Of a stretch of DNA of 64,000 bases, positions 12,894 to 23,244 are shown piece after piece (position 1 is the first letter of the stretch; each line of letters starts with the position of its first letter). Source of the stretch: Octopus vulgaris. Taxonomy: Eukaryota. The translations under genes were made by a program, and so were the position numbers. The notes under the pieces were generated by a model, which saw only the letters and a program-made list of their open reading frames with translations, was not told where the DNA came from and did no database searches. Where the stretch lies: positions 135,470,001-135,534,000 of the forward strand of contig OX597816.1 in NCBI GenBank assembly GCA_951406725.2, written 5' to 3'.

Positions 12894-15374
12894 ATGGGTT
12901 ATACAATAAACTTAGAAACATGTACACATGTCATATCCCTCACAGGCAAGGAACACAGGTACAAGATTTTCTGGGCAGAGAACACTGACGGGGTTGGTGG
13001 CGTGGGTATACTTATCGCTGAGAAATGGATAGATAGAGTAATTGAGGTAATCAGAGTAAGTGACAGAATACTTAAGATTAGAATAGTGCTTCATAATAGA
13101 TTAGCAACCATTATATCGGCCTATGCCCCTCAGCCAGGGCTACCCGATGGACAGAAAGACAGTTTCTATGACACCCTACTGCAGACCACCTCATTGACGA
13201 ACGACAGGGACCTTCTCTTTGTGGCTGGTGATTTCAATGGGCATGTTGGACGACATGCTGGGGGCTTCCATGGCGTGCATGGAGGCTACGGTTATGGTTC
13301 CCGCAACAAGGAGGGAACCAGGCTGCTGGAGTTCTGCGATGCGAATAGTCTTATGATCTGCAACACTAACTTCAGGAAACCAACAAGCCACCTGGTCACC
13401 TACCGATCGGGCCGGCATACTAGCCAAATCGACTACATCCTTGCCAGAAAAAGGGAAAGATGGCTGCTTATAAATGCCAAAACCTTCCCAGGCGAAGAAT
13501 GCACCCCACAACATAGACTGGTAGTTAGTGACTTTAGGATCAGGACTAAGAGGGTGACTAGAAGACGACCAACATGGAGAAGAAGGGTCTGGAAGCTTAA
13601 AGACCCTGCGAATGGACAGAGATTTAGAGATATGTTACTTGAAGCCTTTGACGAAGTGGAAGGGGGTATAGCTACACATGGGGTAGAAGACAACTGGACG
13701 TTTCTGAGGGACAACCTGCTGAAAGCCGCTGACCAGATCTGTGGCTGGTGCAAAGTCCCCTTAAGACCCAAAATAACGTGGTGGTGGAACAATATTGTTG
13801 ACAGGGCTATTAGACAAAAGAAACAGGCTTGGAAGGCCTGGAAGAACGGTGGTAGCAGGGAAGTGTATCAGACTGCCAGAAGGGAAGCTAGGAGACAGGT
13901 CTATCTAGCCAGAGGGGAAGCAGATAAAAGAAAATTTGCCAATGTCCTGCGCCGTGAGGATGAAAGACTTGAGGTATTTTGTGTTGCAAGACAGTGTGTG
14001 AGAGAGAATCGTGATGTGGTAGGAGAGAAATGTGTTCGCATGGAGGATGGTTCACTTGCGCTAAATGAGGATGCAAAGAGAGAAGCTTGGAGACGCCACT
14101 ATGAAAGGTTGCTGAATGAGGAAAATGAATGGGATAAAGAGAGTCTGCCGAATGTTGACCCAACAGAGGGACCAGCTATCCGAGTTGATAGTTCCGTGGT
14201 AGCTAAGGCAATTAGAAGCATGAAGACAGGGAAAGCCCCAGGCCCATCAGGAATTACTGCAGAGATGCTCAAAATATCTGGTAGTGTCGGCTATAGCATA
14301 GTCACCCGTATAGTTAACCAGGTGATACACGAAGGAGTCATACCCAATGACTGGTGTAGCAGCATAATAGTCAACTGCTACAAAGGTAAAGGCGATGCCC
14401 TAGATACAAATAACTACAGGGGCATCAAGCTGTTGGATCAGGTAATGAAGGTTACGGAGAGGGTTATAGCCCAGTTAATTAGAGAGAGAGTTAGCTTAGA
14501 TGATATGCAGTTTGGGTTCGTGCCAGGGAAAAGTACTACTGATGCTATATTCCTGGTAAGACAGCTGCAGGAGAAATACCTAGCCAAAGGTAAGCCCTTG
14601 TACCTGGCTTTTGTTGACTTAGAGAAAGCCTTTGACAGGGTCCCCCGATCCCTTATCTGGTGGTCAATGAGGAAACTAGGGATAGATGAATGGTTAGTGA
14701 GAGCTGTGCGAGCCATGTACAGAGACGCTGCTAGTAAGGTGAGGGTTGGCAACGAGTACAGTGAAGAATTCCGGGTAGAGGTTGGGGTCCACCAAGGTTC
14801 AGTCCTCAGCCCCCTCCTATTTATCATAGTCCTCCAGGCAATAACGGAAGAATTTAAGACAGGATGCCCCTGGGAGCTCCTATATGCTGATGACCTTGCT
14901 CTAATTGCTGAGTCACTATCAGAAATGGAGGAGAAGTTTCAGGTGTGGAAACAAGGATTAGAATCGAAGGGCCTTAGAATCAACCTAGCCAAAACCAAAG
15001 TCCTAATAAGTAGGAAGGTGGACCAACCACAAACGACTTCAGGTAGATGGCCCTGCTCGATCTGTAGAAAAGGTGTAGGTAGAAACTCTATAAGGTGCAC
15101 CAAGTGTAAGCTATGGACACATAAGAGGTGCAGCAATGTCAAAGGTAGGCTAACTGGGAAGATAGTTTTCGTATGTGGCAGATGCTCAGGAGAAATAAAC
15201 ACTGGAAATGTGCAGAGACCAACTTCTACCACGTTCCAGGGAGACAAACTAGAAGTAGTTGATAGCTTCCGCTACCTTGGAGACCAAATTAGTAGCGGGG
15301 GTGGGTGTGCTGAAAGTGTAACTGCTAGAGTCTCTCCTTTGTTTTCAGATTTTAAACACTTTCAGGAGTTTTAG
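12894..15374 (+). CDS. RTE-clade LINE ORF (AP endonuclease + reverse transcriptase + inserted PHD-type finger); element ~12937-15330, truncated at both ends
   Basis: Uninterrupted 826-aa ORF with AYAPQ, GDFNGHVG, SQIDY, YRGIKLL, QFGF, DLEKAFD, QGSVLSP and YADD. The first ~14 and last ~15 codons appear to be flanking DNA. Confidence 0.95.
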   Translation: MGYTINLETCTHVISLTGKEHRYKIFWAENTDGVGGVGILIAEKWIDRVIEVIRVSDRILKIRIVLHNRLATIISAYAPQPGLPDGQKDSFYDTLLQTTSLTNDRDLLFVAGDFNGHVGRHAGGFHGVHGGYGYGSRNKEGTRLLEFCDANSLMICNTNFRKPTSHLVTYRSGRHTSQIDYILARKRERWLLINAKTFPGEECTPQHRLVVSDFRIRTKRVTRRRPTWRRRVWKLKDPANGQRFRDMLLEAFDEVEGGIATHGVEDNWTFLRDNLLKAADQICGWCKVPLRPKITWWWNNIVDRAIRQKKQAWKAWKNGGSREVYQTARREARRQVYLARGEADKRKFANVLRREDERLEVFCVARQCVRENRDVVGEKCVRMEDGSLALNEDAKREAWRRHYERLLNEENEWDKESLPNVDPTEGPAIRVDSSVVAKAIRSMKTGKAPGPSGITAEMLKISGSVGYSIVTRIVNQVIHEGVIPNDWCSSIIVNCYKGKGDALDTNNYRGIKLLDQVMKVTERVIAQLIRERVSLDDMQFGFVPGKSTTDAIFLVRQLQEKYLAKGKPLYLAFVDLEKAFDRVPRSLIWWSMRKLGIDEWLVRAVRAMYRDAASKVRVGNEYSEEFRVEVGVHQGSVLSPLLFIIVLQAITEEFKTGCPWELLYADDLALIAESLSEMEEKFQVWKQGLESKGLRINLAKTKVLISRKVDQPQTTSGRWPCSICRKGVGRNSIRCTKCKLWTHKRCSNVKGRLTGKIVFVCGRCSGEINTGNVQRPTSTTFQGDKLEVVDSFRYLGDQISSGGGCAESVTARVSPLFSDFKHFQEF

Positions 15375-15914
15375 GTCAACTAATCATGTGGATCACAGTT
15401 AATCAAAGATTTTCAACCCACCATGTTACATGCAGGACTCTGTCTTATATGTATTTAATATGAAAATTGCTCCCCAGAGGTAGTTTCCTTCAACAAAATA
15501 TTGCTGATATTCATAATCTGTATCACTACATTACTTCTTTTCCTTTAAAAGTGAACTGCTTCTAAATCTGCAGAATCAAATGACTGTTTCACTGAGGAGG
15601 TCTAATAAGACTGAAATATATACATTTTCTTTCACCGGTTGGCTATAAAAAATAACAGACTCCCATCTGCATAGAATATATTTTGCTAAACTTTTTGGTC
15701 ACCTGATCTTAATGGGGTTATATCCTTTGTTATTAGATTTTATAAACACCCCATAGAGGGAGTTTTTGTCTAGTTGAAGAGATAAAGTTTGTTGCTTGAA
15801 GTTAATTAACTCTGATACATGCATGAAATCCTACAATGGTATATAACCAGCTAAGCTTGTTTGGCAAATTGTCTGGCAGAACAGAGTCAAGATTTTTTTT
15901 TTTTCTTTTTTGCA

Positions 15915-16498
15915 GAATTCTGTTTTAAGCATGCTATTTTAACCCCTCATAACTTTTTTATTTTCAGAAACTTTGTGAATTTGTATTTTACACACAACTA
16001 CAAAAGAATTTTTAATTTTTCGAAATTAAAAAAAAAATTTTTAACTTTTCTAAATTAAATTTTTTTTTAACTTTTCGAAATTAAAATTTTTAGAAAATTT
16101 ATATTCTTCAATATTTTTCTTCCCATAAACATATTTAATGGTCTATTGCTAGGATTTAAGCCAAAAATTCGAACTGTCCGTATTTTAAACTGTGATTTAA
16201 AAAAAAGAAATTCGAAAAATTAAAAAAAAAATTTTTTTTTTAATTTTTCGATTCTTTTAAAAATACGGACAGTCCAAATTTTTGGCTTAAAACCCAGCAA
16301 TAGACCATTAAATGTGTTTATGGGGAGAAAGGTATTGAAAAATATCATCAATACGTCAGTGACAAAGCAACCAATTTTTTTTTTATGCATAATCGTTTGA
16401 ATTCCCGTGTGTAGAACACAAATTCGCAAAAGTTTTCTGAAAATTCCAGGAAAATAAAGAAGTTATGATGAGTTTAATAGAGTGAATAAGCAGAATTC
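15915..16498. mobile_element. Foldback/MITE-like large imperfect palindrome
   Basis: 16105-16190 pairs with 16257-16340, and 15915-15995 pairs with 16405-16498. Confidence 0.7.
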
Positions 16499-17436
16499 CA
16501 CCTTTTTTGCTTTGTTTTTTTACTAAAGAATAAAAAGTTAGAAAAGTGTTACAGTACATGTGTGTACATTGCTGTAGAAAGGTCATATCAACAATTGGAA
16601 TTGTCTTCTTCATAAAATACTCTGCTTTTCACAATGTCGACGAAGCCACGAAATGTATGGAGAGACTATTCAAAAATTTCACCTATGTACTCAATGTTTA
16701 TTATTCAGGCAAAATGCTAAATAATAAAGAACTATTTAGTTGCTGTGTATATAGAATGTTTGTAACAAGTTTATTTATTAGTTTCATTGTGTAGCTGCCG
16801 AAGTAAAAAAAGTTTGGGCGACTTTAAGAGATGAAATCGGTGTTTACAAATTCAATCAATTTGGTTTTAAGTGTAAGTAAAAGCTACAAAAATATGTATA
16901 AAAATTAATGAGAACAATTACACAGTGAGTTATAAATAATTGAATTTCAGATCAGATCAAACACTAGTGAAATATATATACTATTGGCCTTTTTTCTGGG
17001 AAAAGGGTTACATTAAAATTGTTATATATTTGCAGGGAGTACTCTGAGGGATATACTTACACATACAAAATGTTACGCTTATAAACTTCGAGAAGGGAGA
17101 TTAATTATTTCATTTGATGTTTATTTTGTTTTAGATATTGATCCAGAAAAACACGGGCTGTGTCTATGGCCACTGTGCAGGCATTGAAGATAATTTTAAT
17201 ATTTAATCTACATCCTACAGACGTTCAAGTTGAGAATCGGCAACACTGCTACCAGTCAGGAACTCTAATGATCACATCATGGACACTTTTTTTTTTTTGT
17301 TTTTTAATGGCTCTCTTAGACTGGTGTGGTTTGGAAAAGTTCCGCAACTTGTTAACTGCCAGGTCAGACCTACAATGAAAGGTGTCCCTGTCACGATGTC
17401 ATTTAATATGCCTGGAACTATATTGACTAAGTCCTT

Positions 17437-17690
17437 TCACTGGTTGGGAGCTTTTATAATTAGGGTGACTGGAGTATTGGTCGTGTCCCCCATCGTGAAA
17501 AGAGACAAAATGAAATGGCTTGAAGTGCTGGAAACAGAAATTCCCTCCTATATAAAATGAAGATAGCAATATTTGCTCCACAGTTCTGTAAGCAAATAGA
17601 TAAACAAACGTGATTTGAGGAATATTCGGCTGTTGTCCACACGCAAGTAAGCCATCATTGGTTCGCAGTGATGTTTAGAGCTGCAGCAGA
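17437..17690 (-). pseudogene. Partial duplicate of HERPUD exon 1 (5'UTR + 18 codons, premature stop)
   Basis: Aligns with 19291-19529. ATG at 17493 encodes MGDTTNTPVTLIIKAPNQ*, with CGA changed to TGA. Confidence 0.85.
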
Positions 17691-17873
17691 TTTTCATGTA
17701 ATATATTTTATACCGTATCTCAGATATTACTTATGAGTGCTAAACTTGAAAAAAAAAAATTTTAACTCAACAAAGAACTAAGAGTTTTCTGACTATTTCC
17801 AACATCTAAATATTTGTTTTTTCAACTTACTCAATAGATGACACATTAACTTAATTTTCGCATACAACTTTTT

Positions 17874-17905
<32 letters not shown>

Positions 17906-19036
17906 CTTTTATCAATGGATTTCTACTGAAACTCTGGCAATTTTGCATCACTCCTTCGGAATGATGTGTTGGCGATATGTGACGGCGGCACCCAGACCAA
18001 AAAATACTATCACATTCATTATCTCAGAAGTATCATAACGTAAATAAATGTTGCCTGACCCATTTATGAAATTAGTTCTCACAACGTATAAGAAATTCAT
18101 ACGTGGCTATGTACTATCGTCACTGTTGATTATTGAAATTCTAACATATGACAAGACAGCAAAACTAACCTGCAAAATCATTGCAAGTTAGGTTAATAAA
18201 CAAAATTAGCAAATAAATAGAATATTTTCTTATAAATCTAATAATCTGTTTATGCCTTTTCAAGTATTGCTGGTCCAATAATAATAGATCACGAGAAATG
18301 ACTTTTATAAACAGCAGAAATACCGAAATCATAAACAAAACGTGTAAATAAGGTTATTTTTGCAATGAAATTTTTAATTTGGTGGGATATAACTGGAAAT
18401 CATACGAATTTAGAAATGGTAAGTCAAGATAAGTCCCAAACATAAGGAAAATATGACAAACAGGATTGTTGTTTATTTGGGGAATCAGCAAATATCTTAA
18501 TATAATAAATATAATTTAAGTCGGAAATAAACTTCATATTCAGTTTTTAAGCTAAAATAATGTATCTGTTAGGAGTGGGGACGACTGACAATATAACCTG
18601 GGGAGGAAGTCGATGTATTTCAGATTGTTTATTTTCGAATCGAACTAAAACACTAGATTGAAGTTATCTTATAGCCATGGACGTCCATATACATACACTT
18701 CATATACTAAATAAACAGACATTTTTTAGAAAGTCTGCAGACTGTCGTTTAGATTCGAGACAGATTAAGAGATTTTTGAAAATATGGAATAATATAACCG
18801 CGTTCCACGTTGACTGGTTGAAGGAATAGGATATGAAGATTGTTGTTTATTTCTTCAGACTACCGATACATACATCTGTTGGTTTTAGGAAATGAATACG
18901 TATACTGTACATACACACACACACACATTATATATATATATATATATATATATAATGTCGTGTGTGTGTGCACGTAGGTAAATCCGGCCTCCGTCTTCAG
19001 GGTGGAGAAATACGTGTGTCTATACACACATACATG

Positions 19037-19064
19037 TGATAGATAGATAGATAGATAGATAAAC

Positions 19065-19118
<54 letters not shown>
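19037..19118. repeat. (GATA)n microsatellite; many further (TA)n, (CA)n and (TTA)n tracts occur across the window
   Basis: Direct sequence inspection. Confidence 0.95.
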
Positions 19119-19119
<1 letters not shown>

Positions 19120-19203
19120 ATATTTGTAAGTTAAACCTTTGAGACAAACAAAATATTCATAGCAAATATATCAAATAGACAAAAGTGTAGCAATAAAACT
19201 TAC

Positions 19204-19347
19204 GGGTTGATTTGGGTAAACATCAGAAAGATGGCTTTTAAGTTTTCTAACAGTCCATTCAAGCATACAATCAACTGTAACATCCGCGATTCGCTGGTTG
19301 GGAGCTTTTACAATTAGAGTGATTGGGGTATTGGTCGTGTCCTCCAT
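19204..19347 (-). CDS. HERPUD2: First coding exon of a HERP (homocysteine-responsive ER-resident ubiquitin-like domain) protein, HERPUD1/2 homolog; the gene continues leftwards, and exon 2 was not located in the window
   Basis: MEDTTNTPITLIVKAPNQRIADVTVDCMLEWTVRKLKSHLSDVYPNQP resembles the HERPUD2 N-terminus (VTLIIKAPNQ...WTVGKLKTHLSNVYPSKP). Kozak context ACCATGG; phase-0 donor GTAAGT at 19203-19198. Confidence 0.9.
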
Positions 19348-19479
19348 GGTGAAAAGAGACAAAATGAAATGGCTCGAAGTTAAAGTGCTGGTAATACAAA
19401 TTCCCTCTTTCTCAAATGGAGATAGCAGTATATGTTCCACAGTTCTGTGAGCAAATAGATAAACAAACAATATCGTTGT

Positions 19480-20500
19480 CGAGAAGAAACAACAAAAAAC
19501 TTGACTGATGTAATAAGAGCTATAGCAGTAAAGCAGGACAAGTTGTAAACGGTGTTAACCTATATATTTAGGAATGAGCTTTTACTGAAGGAAGGGTGGA
19601 GCTGGATCTGAGTGGACGGTGACAAAACACGTAGACCACTAAAACTATCCTAGACTACTTGTATTTATGGGGTGTCTAAGTTTCTAAAATTATTAACAAT
19701 CTGGCGAGAAAATGTTAGTATTAGCTTATTAAGATTATTTTTTGCAGTTTACTGTTCTACAAGACGTAACATCAAAACAGATGCATAGTATTTTCTTTGT
19801 TTAAGGAATTAAAGTAAAATGTCATATTAGAATCGAAATAAAAAAAGAAAGAGTCAAATTCTTTTACAAGTTGCAGTTCTGGCACGAAAGTTGAAAGTCT
19901 GCTAGGCTGCATTATAGTATTATTATACAAGATGCATCATAGTTTCCCAGAGAAACGTCAGTTTTGGTAGATTACTTCTCATCATTGCTGACTTTGTAAT
20001 TTTTTTTCTTCTTTGATGTGAAGGTGTTTGGTAAAAGATAAACGTGTCAAAAGACTATTTCATGAGATGACAGACACAATTTGAGGCCTCACTTTGATTT
20101 ATAAAATGTTGATGGTGATGTCAAATTCTATACTTCGATGACCTCATTGACTCCATCACCAGCGGAAGGAGCCGGAACAGGAAGTACACGTATCAAATTC
20201 GTGCAACACGGACAAAATATTTCACTGTTTACTCAATAAAGCGTTACAAACGATGGAAAAAAAAAGAAAACAAAACAAAACGATGATACTGGGTATCAGT
20301 GATCAGGTTATACTCATATCATATAAGACTTCGATTATTAACTATGTAAGAAGAATAAAGAAATTAATGTAGCTCGTCTGTTTAATTTGTAAAACTAGTT
20401 GAGCCTCGACAGATATCTGTTGCGTCATGCGACCTGAGATTAAATTCTTTCCAAAACAAATACAATGATGATCCGCGACTTAATGATTGGTTGATATAAG
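19480..20500 (-). promoter_or_regulatory. HERPUD promoter/5'UTR with candidate TATA box, C/EBP-ATF site and bZIP (ACGT) sites
   Basis: TATATA at 19561-19566, TGATGTAAT at 19506-19514, ACGTGTCA at 20042-20049 and TGCGTCA at 20421-20427, in non-repetitive CpG-retaining DNA directly upstream of exon 1. Confidence 0.45.
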
Positions 20501-21276
20501 TTTTTGAAAAAGAAAACCAAACAAATGTTCTGTAAATCTAGATTTTCTAAAATATGACTCAGAGTTGGTATAAACTCTTGAAGTAAACATTCCTTTAAGG
20601 AAATTATTTTTATTAGATCTTAGGTATTTAATTCGCTCTGAACACAAATTTGTGGATAACAAAACAAGGGCAGGTTGAATTTTTACAGGTATGTGATTCC
20701 CAAAGGAAAGGATCGGAGGGACTTAAATATCAAAGTTGACGAAAAGAAATTTTTTTAGGACGAACTGAATCAAGTGCAGGAGAAAAATAACAACAAAAAA
20801 ATGAAACTTTTATAGTAAACTTATGATGAAAAAGTAATAGAGATTTTTTTCCTGAATAAACAGTAGAATGTGTGTTTGAGAGAGAGAGAGAGAACGAGAA
20901 AGATAGTGTGCGTGCGCGCGCGCGAGTGTGTGTGTGTGTGAACATCAATCACTTTCAATTTGGAAAGTTATCAGTTCTTCAGGGTTCAACAGATGTAGTA
21001 GTTATGATGCAATTCTCTGTATATGTGAAGTGTACTTTTGAATTTTGTGGGCGATTTTTAAGTATGTCAAATGCGTGATTAAGTTAAGTACTTTGGACAA
21101 GTTGAATGATTTTGTTAGAGAATCGATGGGTATGTATACACACACACAAACACACATAATTTATTAGTTGAGACGCTACATCAATGATGTAAAGGCCTTG
21201 AGTTTCAGACCAAAAACACTCATCAAATTGTACTTTGGCACAAGACCCTCGGCGCTTGAGTCATTGATATAGTTTA

Positions 21277-21789
21277 TCTATATATATAAAACTGTAGTTG
21301 TGTGAGTGTCTGTCCCCTTCGATTTAGATTCCTAACTACTCCCACATTTTGCGGTGCAGTTTAACCAAATTCGGGTATCTTATAGTCGTGATTCATATCG
21401 AGCCCGTCTGGGTATTAGCGCGCGTCTACGATGAGTCTACGATTTTAAAAATAATTTAACATCATTTTTTATTCCATTTTAATGCATAATTTTTCGTGTG
21501 TCGATGGCAGCGGAGTTGGCGTCCATGGTCACACCTGCACCTGTTTGCTTCTCCCCCTTCTTCCCTCCCTCGTGAAGCTGTGGGGGAAGGGAGTGTAAGG
21601 AAATCAACGTCGTAAAGCGTTGTCAAGGAGACCAGCGTTCTTTTAGAACAACGACTTCATGGCTTGAAGACACCAAAACAGAAATGGCTAAGAAGGCCGA
21701 ATTGGCATCTATAAGGGAAGTAACTCTCTAAAAATGCTTATGTAGTTATTTCCCTTACAAACCCGAGCAACGCCGGGCGATACTGCTAG
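21277..21789 (+). mobile_element. Non-autonomous Helitron
   Basis: 5' TC(TATATATATAAAA), 3' hairpin cccgagcaacgccggg then CTAG. Inserted between A and T with no TSD. Confidence 0.85.
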
Positions 21790-21871
21790 TTGACTATAAA
21801 TAAGATACAGCACTCTGTTTTATGTATTCAGTTCTGGTTCTTCCCCTTCCTCCCTCTCTATCTTTCCCTCC

Positions 21872-21906
<35 letters not shown>

Positions 21907-22391
21907 CGCGCGCGCGCGTGTGTGTGTGTGTTTCTTTGCCTAGTTATTGCATGACAGTTGTAGCTGAATGTCAGTGTTATTCATTTCCAGCCTTCTGTAA
22001 TAAACATGTCCGGCCAAGGGGAAATGTTACCTTACTTAGAAACGGGTAAGGATTTGTGACAGGAAGGACATCTAGCAGTAGAAAATCTATGTCATCGATT
22101 TCCCTTTGGCCTACACAAGCATGGAAAGTGAATGTTGAAATGATTGTGATTATGATGATGATGATGAAATAGTGTCCTGTCCAGATAAAGATATATCTTT
22201 GATCATATTAACTCATCAGAATTCAGAGATAAGCGCCAACCCTGATGAACACAGCAATCCATGCAAGGACGTTAGTCATAGATGAACAACTCCATATATG
22301 GCATATACTTCTGTGAGTATACACAAAGACCAGTTTTTCAAAGTCATTTTTAATCTTGGTTTGACATCTTATACACACATGCACACACACA

Positions 22392-22455
<64 letters not shown>

Positions 22456-22490
22456 TATTATGTCAGACTTGGCTGAACAAATGAACAGAT

Positions 22491-22660
22491 ACATTATTTA
22501 CATTCAACGGATATTTGTCCTCATCTTGTTTGTTGTTAACACGTTTCGACTGATATACGCTCCAGCCTTCATCAGGTGTCTTGGGGAAATTTCGAACCTA
22601 GGTTCTCATTCCTAAGGTATTTTTCGATCTTGTTGTTGTTATTATTATTATTATTATTAT

Positions 22661-22707
<47 letters not shown>

Positions 22708-22803
22708 ATATTAGTAGTAGTAGTAGTATTCAGGTCACTGCCTGGAATCGAACTCAGAATCTTGGGGTTAGTAGCCCGCACTCTTAACCACTGTGCCATA
22801 TGC
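22491..22803 (-). mobile_element. tRNA-derived SINE with 3' hammerhead-like motif (copy A, left arm of inverted dimer)
   Basis: A-box TGGCACAGTGG, B-box GAGTTCGATTC, central (ACT/AAT)n and CTGATGA...GAAAC core at 22538-22580. Confidence 0.75.
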
Positions 22804-23082
22804 TGTGGCATAGTAGTTAAGAGCGCAGGCTACTAACCCCAAGATTCCGAGTTCGATTCCAGGCAGTGACCTGAATAATAATAATAATAATAATAACAAC
22901 AACAACATCGAAAATACCTTAGGAATGAGAACCCAGATTTTAAATTTCCCCAAGACACCTGATGAAGGCTGGAGGGTATATCAGCCAAAACGTTGTGTTA
23001 ACAACAAACAAGATGAGGACAAATATCCGTCAATTGTAATTAACGTACATAATTCCTCATCTCTTAAATATAGAACTGTATT
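22804..23082 (+). mobile_element. tRNA-derived SINE with 3' hammerhead-like motif (copy B, right arm)
   Basis: A-box 22806-22816 and B-box 22849-22859. The dimer is flanked by TSD aaatgaacagat (22479-22490 and 23083-23094). Confidence 0.75.
22954..22999 (+). ncRNA. Penelope-type minimal hammerhead motif (G12>A, probably inactive)
   Basis: gacac-CTGATGA-a-GGCTG(gagggtatat)CAGCC-aAAA-CG-TT^gtgtt: stem I gacac/gtgtt and palindromic ACGT stem III. Confidence 0.55.
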
Positions 23083-23244
23083 AAATGAACAGATGTATGA
23101 AAAATCTTTTAGCCAGTCTGGTAAGTTGCAATTTTAACTAAAAATAACAATTTGCTTTATATTTAGATAATACAACAATTATTCACCCACTGAATATAAT
23201 TTTAAGCTTTTATATACAATATATACCCAGTAGAAACTCCATAT

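Noticed and set aside
14438-14827. Recurrent antisense ORFs inside the RTE copies
   Set aside because: They are shadow frames of the RT, recurring only because the copies are nearly identical.
1-17400. HERPUD exon 2 (expected QRLIYSG-like motif)
   Set aside because: No matching minus-strand segment was recognised. It probably lies left of the window, although a short exon could have been missed.
19348-19470. N-terminal extension of HERPUD in the 99-aa ORF call
   Set aside because: It starts at a non-ATG codon. Homology begins at the Kozak ATG at 19347, and the residues after YPNQP are intron read-through.
22804-22872. Functional tRNA gene
   Set aside because: There is no acceptor-stem pairing or terminator, and the sequence continues into a repeated SINE body.
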